Below, in pieces: positions 30,196-40,060 of a stretch of 64,000 nucleotides of DNA. The translations under genes were made by a program, and so were the position numbers. Location: assembly GCF_024223415.1 (NCBI RefSeq), contig NZ_CP100500.1. One strand, given 5' to 3'. Under the pieces are notes generated by a model, which was not told where the DNA came from, made no database searches, and worked only from the letters and a program-made list of their open reading frames with translations. Numbering within the stretch: the stretch's first letter is position 1; each line of letters opens with the position of its first letter. Origin of the DNA: Escherichia coli. GTDB taxonomy: Bacteria > Pseudomonadota > Gammaproteobacteria > Enterobacterales > Enterobacteriaceae.

Positions 30196-31502
30196 TTAGC
30201 TGGCGCAGGCCGCCTGAATCTGCCTGTCATACCGATACGGCGGGATAAATTTCTGCCGACAGGCGTCGAGATAATCCGACCACCACTGCATCATCTGTGT
30301 GCGCTCGTCGAGGTGCTCCGCCTTGTGGATATACGCGGCACGAACGTGATTACGCTCCTGATGGCTCATTTGTCGCTCCACGGCGTCTTTTGACCAGCGC
30401 CCGGACTCGATCAGCGCACTACAGGCCATCGTGCGGAAACCGTGACCGCAAACATCTGCCTGTGTGTTGTAGCCCATAACCCGCAGTGCTTTGTTGATGG
30501 TGTTTTCGCTCATCGGCTTACGCGGATCGTGGTCGCCGGGAAACAGTAACTCACTACTGCCGGACAACAGTTTTAACTGTTTGAGTATTGTCACCGCCTG
30601 CGCTGACAACGGCACCAGATGCTGCATCTTCATCTTTGCGCCGCGATTTGAATAACGCACGCCCGGAATCGGCTCCCGCTCCGCCGGGATGGTCCACATT
30701 GCGCCATCCAGATTGATCTCCGTCCAGCGGGCAAAACGTAGCTCGCTGGAACGGATAAAGATCAGCAGATTAAGCTGTACCGCCAGACGGGTTAACAGCC
30801 TGCCGGAATAGCCTTCAATACGCTCCAGCATCTCCGGTATTTTCTCCAGCGGCAGGGCGGGGTAGTGGTTTTTGGGCGGCGGTGCGATAGCCCCGGTCAG
30901 ATCGTTCGCCGGATTGCTGTCGATTATCCCCTCCTGCACCGCGTAACGCATGATTGCCGTGGTGCGCTGCTGAATCCGTGCAGCGGTCTCCAGCGTACCT
31001 TTTCGTTCCGCCACCCGCAGCGGGATCAGCAGATCGGCAGTTTTCAAATCAGAGACCGGAATTTGCCGATCAGTGGAAAAACATGCAGCTCCAGCGAGCG
31101 CAGGACTTTGGCGGCATGGGCTTCATTCCAGCGGATATTGCCCGCTACCCACTTACGGGCGATATCTTCAAAGGTGTTGCCGCTTTTACGTGCAAACTTC
31201 TCCTGCTGTTTTTTCACGCCGGGATCGCTGCCTGCGCTCAATACCGAGCGGGCATCCTCGCGCAGCTTGCGGGCATTTGCCAGAGAAACGGCCGGGTAAG
31301 CACCAAACGCCAGCTTCTTCTCTTTACCGCCGAAGCGGTACTTGAGGTGCCAGAGTTTAGATCCGTTGGGCTTTATCAGCAGGTACAGACCCTGCGCATC
31401 GCTGAGTTTCCAGGATTTATCAAGCGGCTTTGCATTACGGATGGCGGTATCGGTGAGGGACATAGTGGGGCTCCATAGTTTATCGAACCGACGGGCCCCC
31501 AA
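30196..31502 (-). pseudogene. P4-type tyrosine integrase split by a frameshift near 31045-31060
   Basis: N-terminal ORF (31044..31502) ...LKYRFGGKEKKLAFGAYPAVSLANARKLR...VFPLIGK; C-terminal ORF (30196..31047) ...ADLLIPLRVAERKGTLETAARIQQR...HGFRTMACSALIESG...; the two pieces are in different frames. Confidence 0.8.
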
Positions 31503-31625
31503 TTAAGCCCCCAAAAACTATGGATGTCAAAAAATCTGGCAGTACCTGTTGGTACTCCAGACTCTTTGTAACTAACTGATTTTTTGATGTTTCAGGACTC
31601 ATAGAGACGCCATGAAACTAAATAG

Positions 31626-31647
31626 TGGTGCCGGACTCGGAATCGAA
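31626..31647 (-). repeat. 22-nt fragment matching the tRNA-Phe 3' end with one base deleted; second copy of the attachment-site repeat
   Basis: Reverse complement TTCGATTCCGAGTCCGG-CACCA; same orientation as the copy at 9120..9139; ~125 nt beyond the integrase start. Confidence 0.65.
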
Positions 31648-31757
31648 TATTTCATTTATCATATTGATATTTGTGTGATTTATTTGGTTTGATTAAAAAT
31701 GTACCCTCATTTGTACCCGTAGTCCCTTTTGATATTGAAAGGGAATCACACTCGGGA

Positions 31758-32600
31758 TCAGGCTGAGAGCACAGAAAGAAAGTGCTTGGCTATTATATCG
31801 TTAATTCTGTCAATCAGTTCCAGCCTTTTGAAAGTGATGTGTGCAGATCCCTTCTTAAAATATTTAATGATGAACATCTCGTCTTCATAGCGCTCTTTAC
31901 CCTGAACGGACTGGATGTGACCATCCAGACGAATAGTGATGTTTTCCCGGTTGTCGGGGATGGGGGTGCCGCTGAACAGATGTAGCATTCTTTCCAGGTC
32001 GGCGAGTCGGTCAGTCTCTTGTCCGGTGATAAGATGAAATCCCCACCGGTCCCATCTCACCAGATTGTTGATAATGATTTTACTTCCAAATTTACAGGGA
32101 GAGTTGGTTTTATAATTCCAGCTCAGTTCCCTGAAGACGTTAATCACTCCCCGCTTAAACACCTCATCCTTGTTCTGGTGCAGTTGTTCAAATGTGCTCA
32201 GAATGTTCGCTTCGCTGATTTCCGGAAAATTATCGTACTCCAGTGACCGGTACCATGTATCACGGGCCTGTGCATCCATTAATGACAGCATCCCGGAACG
32301 TTGCATCAGGTCACGCCAGATTTCACGGTCAAGGTTGCGGGTAATGGCTTTCATTATGGTTTCCGGTTTCTCAGTCAGCCAGCAACCACAGCGAAAATCC
32401 TGTTTCATGGCCCAGTCCGGGGCGGTTTTATCTCCAATACTTTCTGTCATTGCTGAGATTTCTGTCAGTTGCCGGATAAGTGTGTCGATTTGCATCAGTG
32501 TGGTCTTTCGTACAGCCAGAATGTGTCCGATTGAGGTGGAACAGATAACGTCCGTATGCCCGTTGACCACTTCAGGACGGGAGATTGTGATACCTGACAT
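31758..32600 (-). CDS. Hypothetical protein, distal gene of the CP4-like module
   Basis: 280-aa ORF co-directional with the CbtA/CbeA cluster. Confidence 0.5.
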   Translation of the reverse strand: MSGITISRPEVVNGHTDVICSTSIGHILAVRKTTLMQIDTLIRQLTEISAMTESIGDKTAPDWAMKQDFRCGCWLTEKPETIMKAITRNLDREIWRDLMQRSGMLSLMDAQARDTWYRSLEYDNFPEISEANILSTFEQLHQNKDEVFKRGVINVFRELSWNYKTNSPCKFGSKIIINNLVRWDRWGFHLITGQETDRLADLERMLHLFSGTPIPDNRENITIRLDGHIQSVQGKERYEDEMFIIKYFKKGSAHITFKRLELIDRINDIIAKHFLSVLSA

Positions 32601-32684
32601 AATCGTTTTTCCTTTTTGCCGATAAATGAAAACGTCAGCCCTGTTCAGGCTGGCGTCAGTGGAGTGAAGTATAGTGAGTGAGAC

Positions 32685-33038
32685 TCACGCGCTCAGGTGA
32701 ATGAGTTGCAGGTGACGCAGGGTACGGACATCTTCCCTGGCCTGTTCGATACAGGGCAACAATGCTGCCGAATCCGTTTTATCCTCATTGTTGTCAAAGA
32801 TAATCCCCGATTCGCAGTCGGATATTGTCCTGCAGCCACGCAATGTTGTAAACGGTGGTGGAGTGCAGGTTGACTGCTGGTCAGGGTCGTCCACCACGCG
32901 GAGTGAATAACCGTATTCAGCGACCTTGTTAATCAGTTCAGTGAGCTCAACACCATCAATGTCAACGACAATTCGCCCTATATTCAGTGCCTGTACGTTA
33001 ACGCTGTCTGCTTCCAATGTCAGGGCCAGTTTCATCAT
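32685..33038 (-). CDS. YeeW-like small protein
   Basis: 117 aa, starts MMKLALTLEADSVNVQALN..., directly follows and overlaps the CbtA-like toxin gene. Confidence 0.55.
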   Translation of the reverse strand: MMKLALTLEADSVNVQALNIGRIVVDIDGVELTELINKVAEYGYSLRVVDDPDQQSTCTPPPFTTLRGCRTISDCESGIIFDNNEDKTDSAALLPCIEQAREDVRTLRHLQLIHLSA

Positions 33039-33409
33039 TTCGCCTCCGGATACTTACCCAGGGTAATGTTATTTACCGTTCTGTAATTGTCGCGGGTCAT
33101 CAGGCCGGTCGCCCTGCGAGCCCGGAGGATATCGATGCTGTTTATTAACTGAGAGCGGGTACAGGTGCTGAATCCCGGCTGGTCGGTACGCACCAGCGCG
33201 TATTTTTCCACGAGAAAGTTCACCGCATCACACAGTGAAATGCCAGCCTCAATATGCTGCTCAATCACACGTTCATCGGCAAACGGTGTGTCATGCAGTG
33301 TGAGGCCGTAATGCTGGTCCAGCAGCCGGGTCAGCAGTATCTGCCAGATTTCAAGCGGAGACGGGCGTGAACTGGCCGCTTGCTTGGGTAATACAGGTAA
33401 TGTTTTCAT
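33035..33409 (-). CDS. cbtA: CbtA (YeeV)-family cytoskeleton-targeting toxin
   Basis: MKTLPVLP.QAASSRPSP.EIWQILL.RLLDQHYGLTL.DTPFADERVIEQHIEAGISLCDAVNFLVEKYALVRTDQPGF recalled as YeeV/CbtA. Confidence 0.85.
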   Translation of the reverse strand: MKTLPVLPKQAASSRPSPLEIWQILLTRLLDQHYGLTLHDTPFADERVIEQHIEAGISLCDAVNFLVEKYALVRTDQPGFSTCTRSQLINSIDILRARRATGLMTRDNYRTVNNITLGKYPEAK

Positions 33410-33454
33410 TTTAAGTTCTCAGTAATGGGGGAGATAAAGGTGAGATATTCGGGA

Positions 33455-33817
33455 TTATGCTGTTGTTGCGGGAACTGCTGGTGTCGGATAAACAGCCATA
33501 TAAACGTAGCCACAACTGCCGAGGGTGTCGGCTTCGCAGGTCAGCCCTTTTGCATACAGCGTGACGGTATGCTGATGACGGGGACTGAGTTCACCGCTGG
33601 TGAGCATTAATTCCAGTTGTTTCATCAGCAGCGGAAAGGCCTGGTCCGGATGGTATGCATCTGCGTCGCTGAAGCGGCCTCTGATACCGGCGCGGTCGGC
33701 AAGGTAATGCAACCGGTTACCCTCCTGCACCAGACAGGCCCCGAAACAGGGCGTCACGGTGCAGGGTAGTCCCCACCAGGGGCGGTCGTGATTGTCGTCG
33801 GGGAGTGTGTCTGACAC
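33455..33817 (-). CDS. cbeA: CbeA (YeeU)-family antitoxin
   Basis: MSDTLP...DNHDRPWWGLPCTVTPCFGA.LVQEGNRLHYLADRAGIRG... recalled as YeeU/CbeA; precedes toxin gene. Confidence 0.85.
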   Translation of the reverse strand: MSDTLPDDNHDRPWWGLPCTVTPCFGACLVQEGNRLHYLADRAGIRGRFSDADAYHPDQAFPLLMKQLELMLTSGELSPRHQHTVTLYAKGLTCEADTLGSCGYVYMAVYPTPAVPATTA

Positions 33818-33892
33818 GATAAAGTCCTCACAGAAAATCGGTTAAGAATGGTCCGGTAGTGGCGATAATTCTGCTCATCAGAATGCCCTGAC

Positions 33893-34114
33893 TCAGTTCA
33901 GGGTGACACTCATCAGGCGGACATACGGGCCAAAACTGTCCTTACGGCGTTCTGCAAATACAGCCAGCACACCGGGAATATCCTGCACTTCACGACCGGT
34001 ATACGCCTCAGCACTGCCGTGCCAGCGGTATTTACCGGTACAGAACGGAAAAAGACGGGATGTCGGATGTTGTTGGTGAATACGCATGGCTTCACCACGG
34101 GTGATAATTTTCAT
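33893..34114 (-). CDS. YeeT-like (DUF987) protein
   Basis: 73-aa ORF between RadC-like gene and antitoxin, as in CP4-type elements. Confidence 0.55.
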   Translation of the reverse strand: MKIITRGEAMRIHQQHPTSRLFPFCTGKYRWHGSAEAYTGREVQDIPGVLAVFAERRKDSFGPYVRLMSVTLN

Positions 34115-34176
34115 AATGGGATACCTCTGAAGACAGAAGATAAAAGTGAAAACAGGTGTGATGTGGTTGTGACGGG

Positions 34177-34668
34177 TTAAAGCAGACCATGTTCGGCAAA
34201 GGAGAAAACCTGGCTGCCACCGACTATCAGATGGTCCGGCACCCGGATATCCACCAGGCCCAGTGCCTGTACCAGACGTTCCGTGATAAGGCGGTCTGCC
34301 TTGCTGGGTGTGACTTCACCGGACGGGTGATTGTGCGCCAGCACCACGGCAGCGGCATTGTGGTACAGGGCGCGTTTAATCACTTCCCGGGGATGGACTT
34401 CCGTGCGGTTGATGGTGCCGGTGAAGAGGGTTTCACCGGCAATCAGCTGATTCTGGTTATTCAGATACAGCACCCGGAATTCTTCACGCTCCAGTCCCGC
34501 CATGTTCAGAATCAGCCATTCCCGTGCCGCACGGGTGGAGGTGAAGGCCACGCCGGGTTCATGAAGATGGCGGTCCAGGGCTTTCAGGGCCCGCTGAATG
34601 AGGCTGCGCTCGCCGGGCGTCATCGCTCCGGGCAGAAAGGAAAGCTGCTGCATTGTCCCTGCCTCCAT
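34177..34668 (-). CDS. RadC-like JAB-domain protein (YeeS/YfjY family)
   Basis: HNHPSG..P.PS.AD JAMM motif (VLAHNHPSGEVTPSKADRLITERL). Confidence 0.85.
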   Translation of the reverse strand: MEAGTMQQLSFLPGAMTPGERSLIQRALKALDRHLHEPGVAFTSTRAAREWLILNMAGLEREEFRVLYLNNQNQLIAGETLFTGTINRTEVHPREVIKRALYHNAAAVVLAHNHPSGEVTPSKADRLITERLVQALGLVDIRVPDHLIVGGSQVFSFAEHGLL

Positions 34669-35178
34669 TCAGTCGATAATGCGCATAATGGCGCTGCATT
34701 CCGGATGCTGCAGGGCGTAATCCCGCAGCCGGTAATAATGGACCGTCATGGCATAACACTCCGTACGACAGGCATGATGACTGTACGTCATCAGACAGGC
34801 AGCAATGCCGGCGGCTTCCGGGCTCATTTCAGCGCGGTTACCGTTCATGGCATTGAACAGTACCCATGTTTCGTCATCATCGTCATCCGGTTCGGGTGCC
34901 ATAAATGCCCCGCCATTGTTCAGGGTGTACAGATTCCAGATACCACCGCAGTAGTCTTCGCACAGACGGTCCATCCAGCCGAAGACACGGGGCTCCAGGG
35001 CCACCCACTGTGGAATGAGGCCAAAGTGCTGCGGCCAGAAGCTGATGCGCTGTTCATCAGGGACTATGGTGGCAACCAGTTGAGACTGGTTATTCCCTGA
35101 TGCAACGGTTACGGAAACAGAAGGTGTGGTGGAATTATGCGAAGAGGTTGTCATGAGATTATTCCTTATAAAAAGCAA
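34669..35178 (-). CDS. Antirestriction protein (ArdB/KlcA/YfjX family)
   Basis: 169 aa; sequence resembles the YfjX/YafX antirestriction family of CP4 elements; acidic DDDDDE stretch. Confidence 0.65.
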   Translation of the reverse strand: MLFIRNNLMTTSSHNSTTPSVSVTVASGNNQSQLVATIVPDEQRISFWPQHFGLIPQWVALEPRVFGWMDRLCEDYCGGIWNLYTLNNGGAFMAPEPDDDDDETWVLFNAMNGNRAEMSPEAAGIAACLMTYSHHACRTECYAMTVHYYRLRDYALQHPECSAIMRIID

Positions 35179-35245
35179 ATGAATGGAAGAATGCCTGGGG
35201 ACTGGTACAGACGTGAGTCAGGGCTGCACTTTCAGGGAAACAGCA

Positions 35246-36064
35246 TCAGCGCAGGCTCTCCAGCAGCGTTTCTGCCATCACCCACAATGCGCGGTTGAGC
35301 CTAATGTCCGTGTCGATGCTGTGAATGGCACGGGTGTGGATACGTTTTCCTTTAGCGCTGCGACCGGAAATCCCGCCTTTCAGCATATTCTCCTGGATGG
35401 TCTGATATGCACTCCACAGGTCCTTACCGTAATCCTCCCTGCGTCGTGGCGTCAGAATGTCGGCGGTGGTGACCGGCTGATGTTCGTCACCATAACGGTA
35501 AGTCAGTGCCGCCTGTGCCAGCGCCTGACGTGCCGGTGGCGGCAGGACCAGAGACTGCATGGCATCACGCTTTTCCTCAATCCGGTCAAAAACGCCCACT
35601 ACCTCGTAAGCCCCTTCAATGACTCTGTCCACCACATTTCCCCGGTGGGGCACACGGACTTCCCCCAGAGACTGACCGCAGACGCAGCCGTTCTGGCAGA
35701 CGAATCTGAAGTAACCCGGCAGCATCTGGTAGCTGGAGGTACCGTCATGGGAGTTGAGCAGAATAATTTCAGGGACATGTTGTCCGGTTATCTCCCCGGC
35801 CCGCCGCAGACGCAGCATGTGTCTGGTGTATCCCCGGCGGCCCGGGTCGCGCACGCGGGTCTGGCAGGCGAAGAATGGCTGAAAACCTTCCCGCTGCAGG
35901 CTTTCCAGTACGGTGATGGTGGGAATGTACGCATAGCGTTCACTGCGGGAGGTATGCCGATCTTCCCCAAAAATACTGGGTACATAGTGCATCAGTTCTT
36001 CATGTGTCAGCGGACGGTCACGGCGTATCTGGTTTACATGACCAAAACGACTTGCTAATCGCAT
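35246..36064 (-). CDS. DUF932-family protein (YfjQ/YafZ-like)
   Basis: 272 aa; position and sequence pattern typical of CP4-type islands. Confidence 0.6.
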   Translation of the reverse strand: MRLASRFGHVNQIRRDRPLTHEELMHYVPSIFGEDRHTSRSERYAYIPTITVLESLQREGFQPFFACQTRVRDPGRRGYTRHMLRLRRAGEITGQHVPEIILLNSHDGTSSYQMLPGYFRFVCQNGCVCGQSLGEVRVPHRGNVVDRVIEGAYEVVGVFDRIEEKRDAMQSLVLPPPARQALAQAALTYRYGDEHQPVTTADILTPRRREDYGKDLWSAYQTIQENMLKGGISGRSAKGKRIHTRAIHSIDTDIRLNRALWVMAETLLESLR

Positions 36065-36393
36065 GATTTGCTCCTTATGAATGAGTTAGCGGTATAAATG
36101 AAAAAGCCGCGTCTCCCGGAGAAGACGCGGCCTGACCGATGAAATGAATGACGTTTATTGTCTGAGAAGCCCTTCACTGGCGAGCCACGCATTAAGTTGT
36201 TTGCCGGCATCGTATTCAAAATTCCAGCACCGCCAGCGCAACTGACATTCAGCATTGTGGATAACCAGCCGGAAATGCGTTCCCTGGTCATTTTCGATAA
36301 ACACATTGCGATAAGCTGTTGTGATGGCAACCGCCTGCTCTCGAGAGAAAGGGCCTTCGGGCAATAAAACAGGGTGACAGTCCGACATACCGG

Positions 36394-37071
36394 CTATTTT
36401 CCGATAAATTCAACGCTGGCACCGGTGGCATTACCGTCAGCACCAACCGTGACGGTCACTTTGTCGTACGCACGGTCTTCAGGATTGAACACTTCAAACT
36501 CAACCTTATTGCCTTTTACTTCGTAAGAGCCAAAATCAGCGGTTTCTGTTGTTTCCTCGTCATATTCCCGGGCGTATGCCTGCCGGGCAGCCTGCAGGAC
36601 GGAATCTTTATTAATGGCGGGTGTCTGTTTCGGGGAAAAATCGGCAAGTGATGTGACAAATTTCGGACAGACCTTCAGCATATCACCGCGGGTGAATTCC
36701 ATTCGTACACCAAATGCCTGTAAAACGGACACATCACGCTCTGCTATGGAGTGAACGGCTTTTTTGACCATTTCCGGCGCCTGTCCGACTTCCACCTCAA
36801 CAGCCCTGAATCCTGTCTGCTGATTACACATTTGTGATGTGGGGATCAGGTTACCGTTAATATTGATACGGCTGCCCAGGAGCGTCTGTACACCATTCGG
36901 GCATCCCTGCATCAGGCCGGTAATACCAATCGTGCCATTTTTCAGCATTACCAGCGCCTGACCATCTTCCGTCATGGTCTGACACCAGCCGTTTTTGACA
37001 GCCCAGTTGCCGGCGGAGGCGGAGAATGATGCCACAGTGAACAGCAGGGGAAAAAGAATTCTGGTATTCAT
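36394..37071 (-). CDS. Hypothetical exported protein (signal peptide)
   Basis: N-terminal [20 protein letters not shown] signal-like segment; 225 aa. Confidence 0.5.
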   Translation of the reverse strand: MNTRILFPLLFTVASFSASAGNWAVKNGWCQTMTEDGQALVMLKNGTIGITGLMQGCPNGVQTLLGSRININGNLIPTSQMCNQQTGFRAVEVEVGQAPEMVKKAVHSIAERDVSVLQAFGVRMEFTRGDMLKVCPKFVTSLADFSPKQTPAINKDSVLQAARQAYAREYDEETTETADFGSYEVKGNKVEFEVFNPEDRAYDKVTVTVGADGNATGASVEFIGK

Positions 37072-37189
37072 GACTGACCTCTGAAATTAAAGAGCGTGTT
37101 ATTGATAATGACAGACGGTATACGGCAGTGGTTACCGTAATCCGTTGTCGTGTAAAGGTATACGGTTGCCACGGGGGACTCCGGGGCGC

Positions 37190-38074
37190 TCAGAACAGGT
37201 GATCCCACAGTGTGACCAGCAGGTGGATAATGCGGTCCCGGGTTTTGCGCAGAAGCTGTAACATCCAGGCCGGAAAACTGAAACGGGCAACGGCGTCGTC
37301 AAAACTTTTCCCGATGGTTTCACCAAAAGTCTGTTGTGCGTGTTTCCGGGCCTGTTCAGAGCGGTTTTCCCCCCGGATATGTGAATAAACCGCACTGGTT
37401 GCCTGTGGTGGCAGTGCGTGGATCATCAGCGACACAAACGCCGGAAGGTTCCAGCCGACAGGTGCGGCAACGGAGAGTACCGGAAATGATGAAGGGAACA
37501 GGGTTGCCACCCGGGCTGTCACCGTCGCCAGTGAGAGCGCCTGCTGACGGGACGGGCATTTTTCTGTGTCGTTCCATTCTTCAGCAGGAAACACGCGATC
37601 GGCATGGCTGAGAACAAACAGAAAACGCGAGGGATCTGCACCTTCATTCAGTAAAAACTGATGCATGGCAATATCAGCAGCATACGCACGTTCATCAGCC
37701 CGCAGGATCCAGATAATCAGATCCAGTTCGGGCAGTAACTGACTGTAAAGTGCCCGGTATTCCTGATCATGCTGTGGTGTTTCGCCAGTGCCGGGCAGAT
37801 CGACCAGCGTCATTCTTCGTTCACCGGGCTGAAAGGTAAGACGATGAGCCTGACGGGTGCAGCCGTTCAGCGGATGCGTGGCGCAGACACGGGACTGAAA
37901 AATGGCATTGCACAGGCTGCTTTTTCCGGCACCGGATTTACCCATAATGCCAATAACGGGTTCGTACTGAATGACGCTGCGAAGATGTTCAAGGATTTTC
38001 TGGCGAATTTCTTCAGGAAGAAAGGTCAGATGTGACTTTACGTGTGCGGAGAGGGAAGAATGGCTGAATGACAT
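37190..38074 (-). CDS. GTPase of the YeeP/YkfA/YfjP family (50S ribosome-binding GTPase-like)
   Basis: G1 motif GIMGKSGAGKSSL, DLPG switch region; first gene of the CP4-like module. Confidence 0.8.
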   Translation of the reverse strand: MSFSHSSLSAHVKSHLTFLPEEIRQKILEHLRSVIQYEPVIGIMGKSGAGKSSLCNAIFQSRVCATHPLNGCTRQAHRLTFQPGERRMTLVDLPGTGETPQHDQEYRALYSQLLPELDLIIWILRADERAYAADIAMHQFLLNEGADPSRFLFVLSHADRVFPAEEWNDTEKCPSRQQALSLATVTARVATLFPSSFPVLSVAAPVGWNLPAFVSLMIHALPPQATSAVYSHIRGENRSEQARKHAQQTFGETIGKSFDDAVARFSFPAWMLQLLRKTRDRIIHLLVTLWDHLF

Positions 38075-38174
38075 ACCGTTATCCTGTTGATTTCACTGAA
38101 CCGGATCACATTAATCCGGCCTATCAGTCAGGTAATATGGACGTGAAAATTTTTCCATTGACGGGAAGAAGAGT

Positions 38175-39323
38175 ATGGCTAAAAACAAAGGTATCTGTCG
38201 GAATAAAAAATGCAGCAATCCTGTTTCAGAATTTGATGAGGCAAATGCCCTGAGGTTATGTGATGATCATTATCAGTTATGGAAACGAAATAAAGAGAAC
38301 CGTCGGGTCAGGAATATTTGTCGTATAATCAGTAAATATGACAAAAGTCTGGACCGGGAGATATTTGACAGAGTAATAGATGCTGCAAGAAATCAAACGG
38401 GAAAGAGAATTGTTGAGGACGCAAAAATATTACATCAATTGCGCAATTCAAAGCAAGTAAGAAAAAGTCTTCATAATGGAGTACTCCGGTCACGGGAATG
38501 GCTCAATACACAGGAGTTACTGAGAAGAAAAAATATATCTGTTACAGGTGACTCATTTAAATCTTACATAAAGGATATTGTCAGATTATATTGCTATAAG
38601 TTTCTCTACAGCAGAGAATATCTTAATGAAAACGCATACAAAAAACAATATCAGAGAGTTATTAACCCCAGAGAATTTAATGTTCCGATACTTCAACTTG
38701 AAGTTGCATGGATCAATAATAATTGCCGTTCAAGTGATTCAAGCTCTGATATTATCATCCTTCCCAGGATGATAAGAAGAATGGTTGTATTTAATGATAC
38801 GAAGATAAATAAACAATTAGAGGAAATGTTGGGGGGGATAGCACGAAAAAAAGTCGCAGTAAGGAATAAAGGCGGTCTCTATACCAGAATAAAAAAAGAA
38901 AATGATTTTCGTTCTATGGATAGATTTATGGTGGAAATCGAAAATATCATAAGACCTGAAATATTTCCGACATCAATTTACCCGCCTTTTTCACTTTCAT
39001 TTATCGAGAGAGAATTGCCACTACTGAATCTGGCGCACTCACAGTACAAAAGAGCAATAAGTAAAAAAGTGGCGAATTCAATTTTTTATACTTTGCGAAA
39101 AACTCACGTGGCATTATGGCTGCATCTTGAAATGTTTGCTCTTGTGGCATTCATCAAACTGTATACAGGAAAAGGGTTTGAATTCATGAAAAACATGTGT
39201 GTATTTATAGATTATGATAAAGGGATAATAAAATCCACGCATGAAGAACTGCTGAGTGAAATTAAGTGTAACATTCAGTTGAATTTAAAGGTGAATCCTG
39301 ATAATTTTCCTGAATTAATATAA
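38175..39323 (+). CDS. Hypothetical lysine-rich protein in very AT-rich DNA; N-terminal Cys/His cluster
   Basis: 382-aa ORF, N-terminus MAKNKGICRNKKCSNP...LCDDHYQLW; SD-like ggaag upstream; codon usage clearly foreign. Confidence 0.5.
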   Translation: MAKNKGICRNKKCSNPVSEFDEANALRLCDDHYQLWKRNKENRRVRNICRIISKYDKSLDREIFDRVIDAARNQTGKRIVEDAKILHQLRNSKQVRKSLHNGVLRSREWLNTQELLRRKNISVTGDSFKSYIKDIVRLYCYKFLYSREYLNENAYKKQYQRVINPREFNVPILQLEVAWINNNCRSSDSSSDIIILPRMIRRMVVFNDTKINKQLEEMLGGIARKKVAVRNKGGLYTRIKKENDFRSMDRFMVEIENIIRPEIFPTSIYPPFSLSFIERELPLLNLAHSQYKRAISKKVANSIFYTLRKTHVALWLHLEMFALVAFIKLYTGKGFEFMKNMCVFIDYDKGIIKSTHEELLSEIKCNIQLNLKVNPDNFPELI

Positions 39324-39904
39324 ATATACAATTCATGCTTTAGTAAAAATATATTGTTGTATGATGTTCAGGATGATGGTTTTAAATGGTGTTTATGATG
39401 TGAAAATATTAAATTTATATTACATTTTAATTATCGACAAAAAACACATAAAGAAATCTAAAGGGAATGAGCGTCAAATGAGCTGATATAGCGCCAGTTT
39501 GGTATGGTCATGTGATTTGATGATTAAAGCTTACGGATAATAACACTCCTCTGTGAGCCATATAAATGAGCATGCCATAATCGTCAGTTCAGAGATAAAA
39601 CTGACTGAATGATCTTATGTTATAGTAAGCAGTGTTTACCGGATACGATGACTTATCTCTCTCACATCATATGGATTCACTTTCATGGGGTAAAGCGATG
39701 GGACTACAGACGCTGATTATGATGGTTTGCTGTAAAGTTAGCACAAGTTTTTGCTGTACAGAATACGGAGTAAGAAAAATAATTCCAGAGTAAATCTGCT
39801 CTGCTTTTGAACAGAAAAGATTCATGCTTACCGTGAAAAACTGAAACCAACATTCAGTCTGCATGGATGTCTTAAGATGTTGAGAATGTCGGATATGGTA
39901 TTAT

Positions 39905-40060
39905 ATACACCTTTTCCATTAGGTCCTTTTATGTTTTCATTAAGTCGTTTTGTATGTATTCCTCCAGTGATTCATTAGTGCCTGTTTACGCATTTACACA
40001 CTTTTCCCATTAATCTCCTTTAAATGTGTTTCATTACGCATTGCTGTACACATTTTTGAA
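39905..40060. repeat. Two imperfect direct copies of a ~55-60-bp AT-rich unit
   Basis: acaccttttccattaggtccttttatgttttcattaagtcgttttgtatgtattcc vs acacacttttcccattaatctcctttaaatgtgtttcattacgcattgctgtacacattttt. Confidence 0.4.

Noticed and set aside
34189-35100. 303-aa plus-strand ORF overlapping the RadC-like and antirestriction genes
   Set aside because: Opposite strand of two genes with clear family signatures (JAMM motif, antirestriction pattern); Gly/His-rich low-complexity translation.
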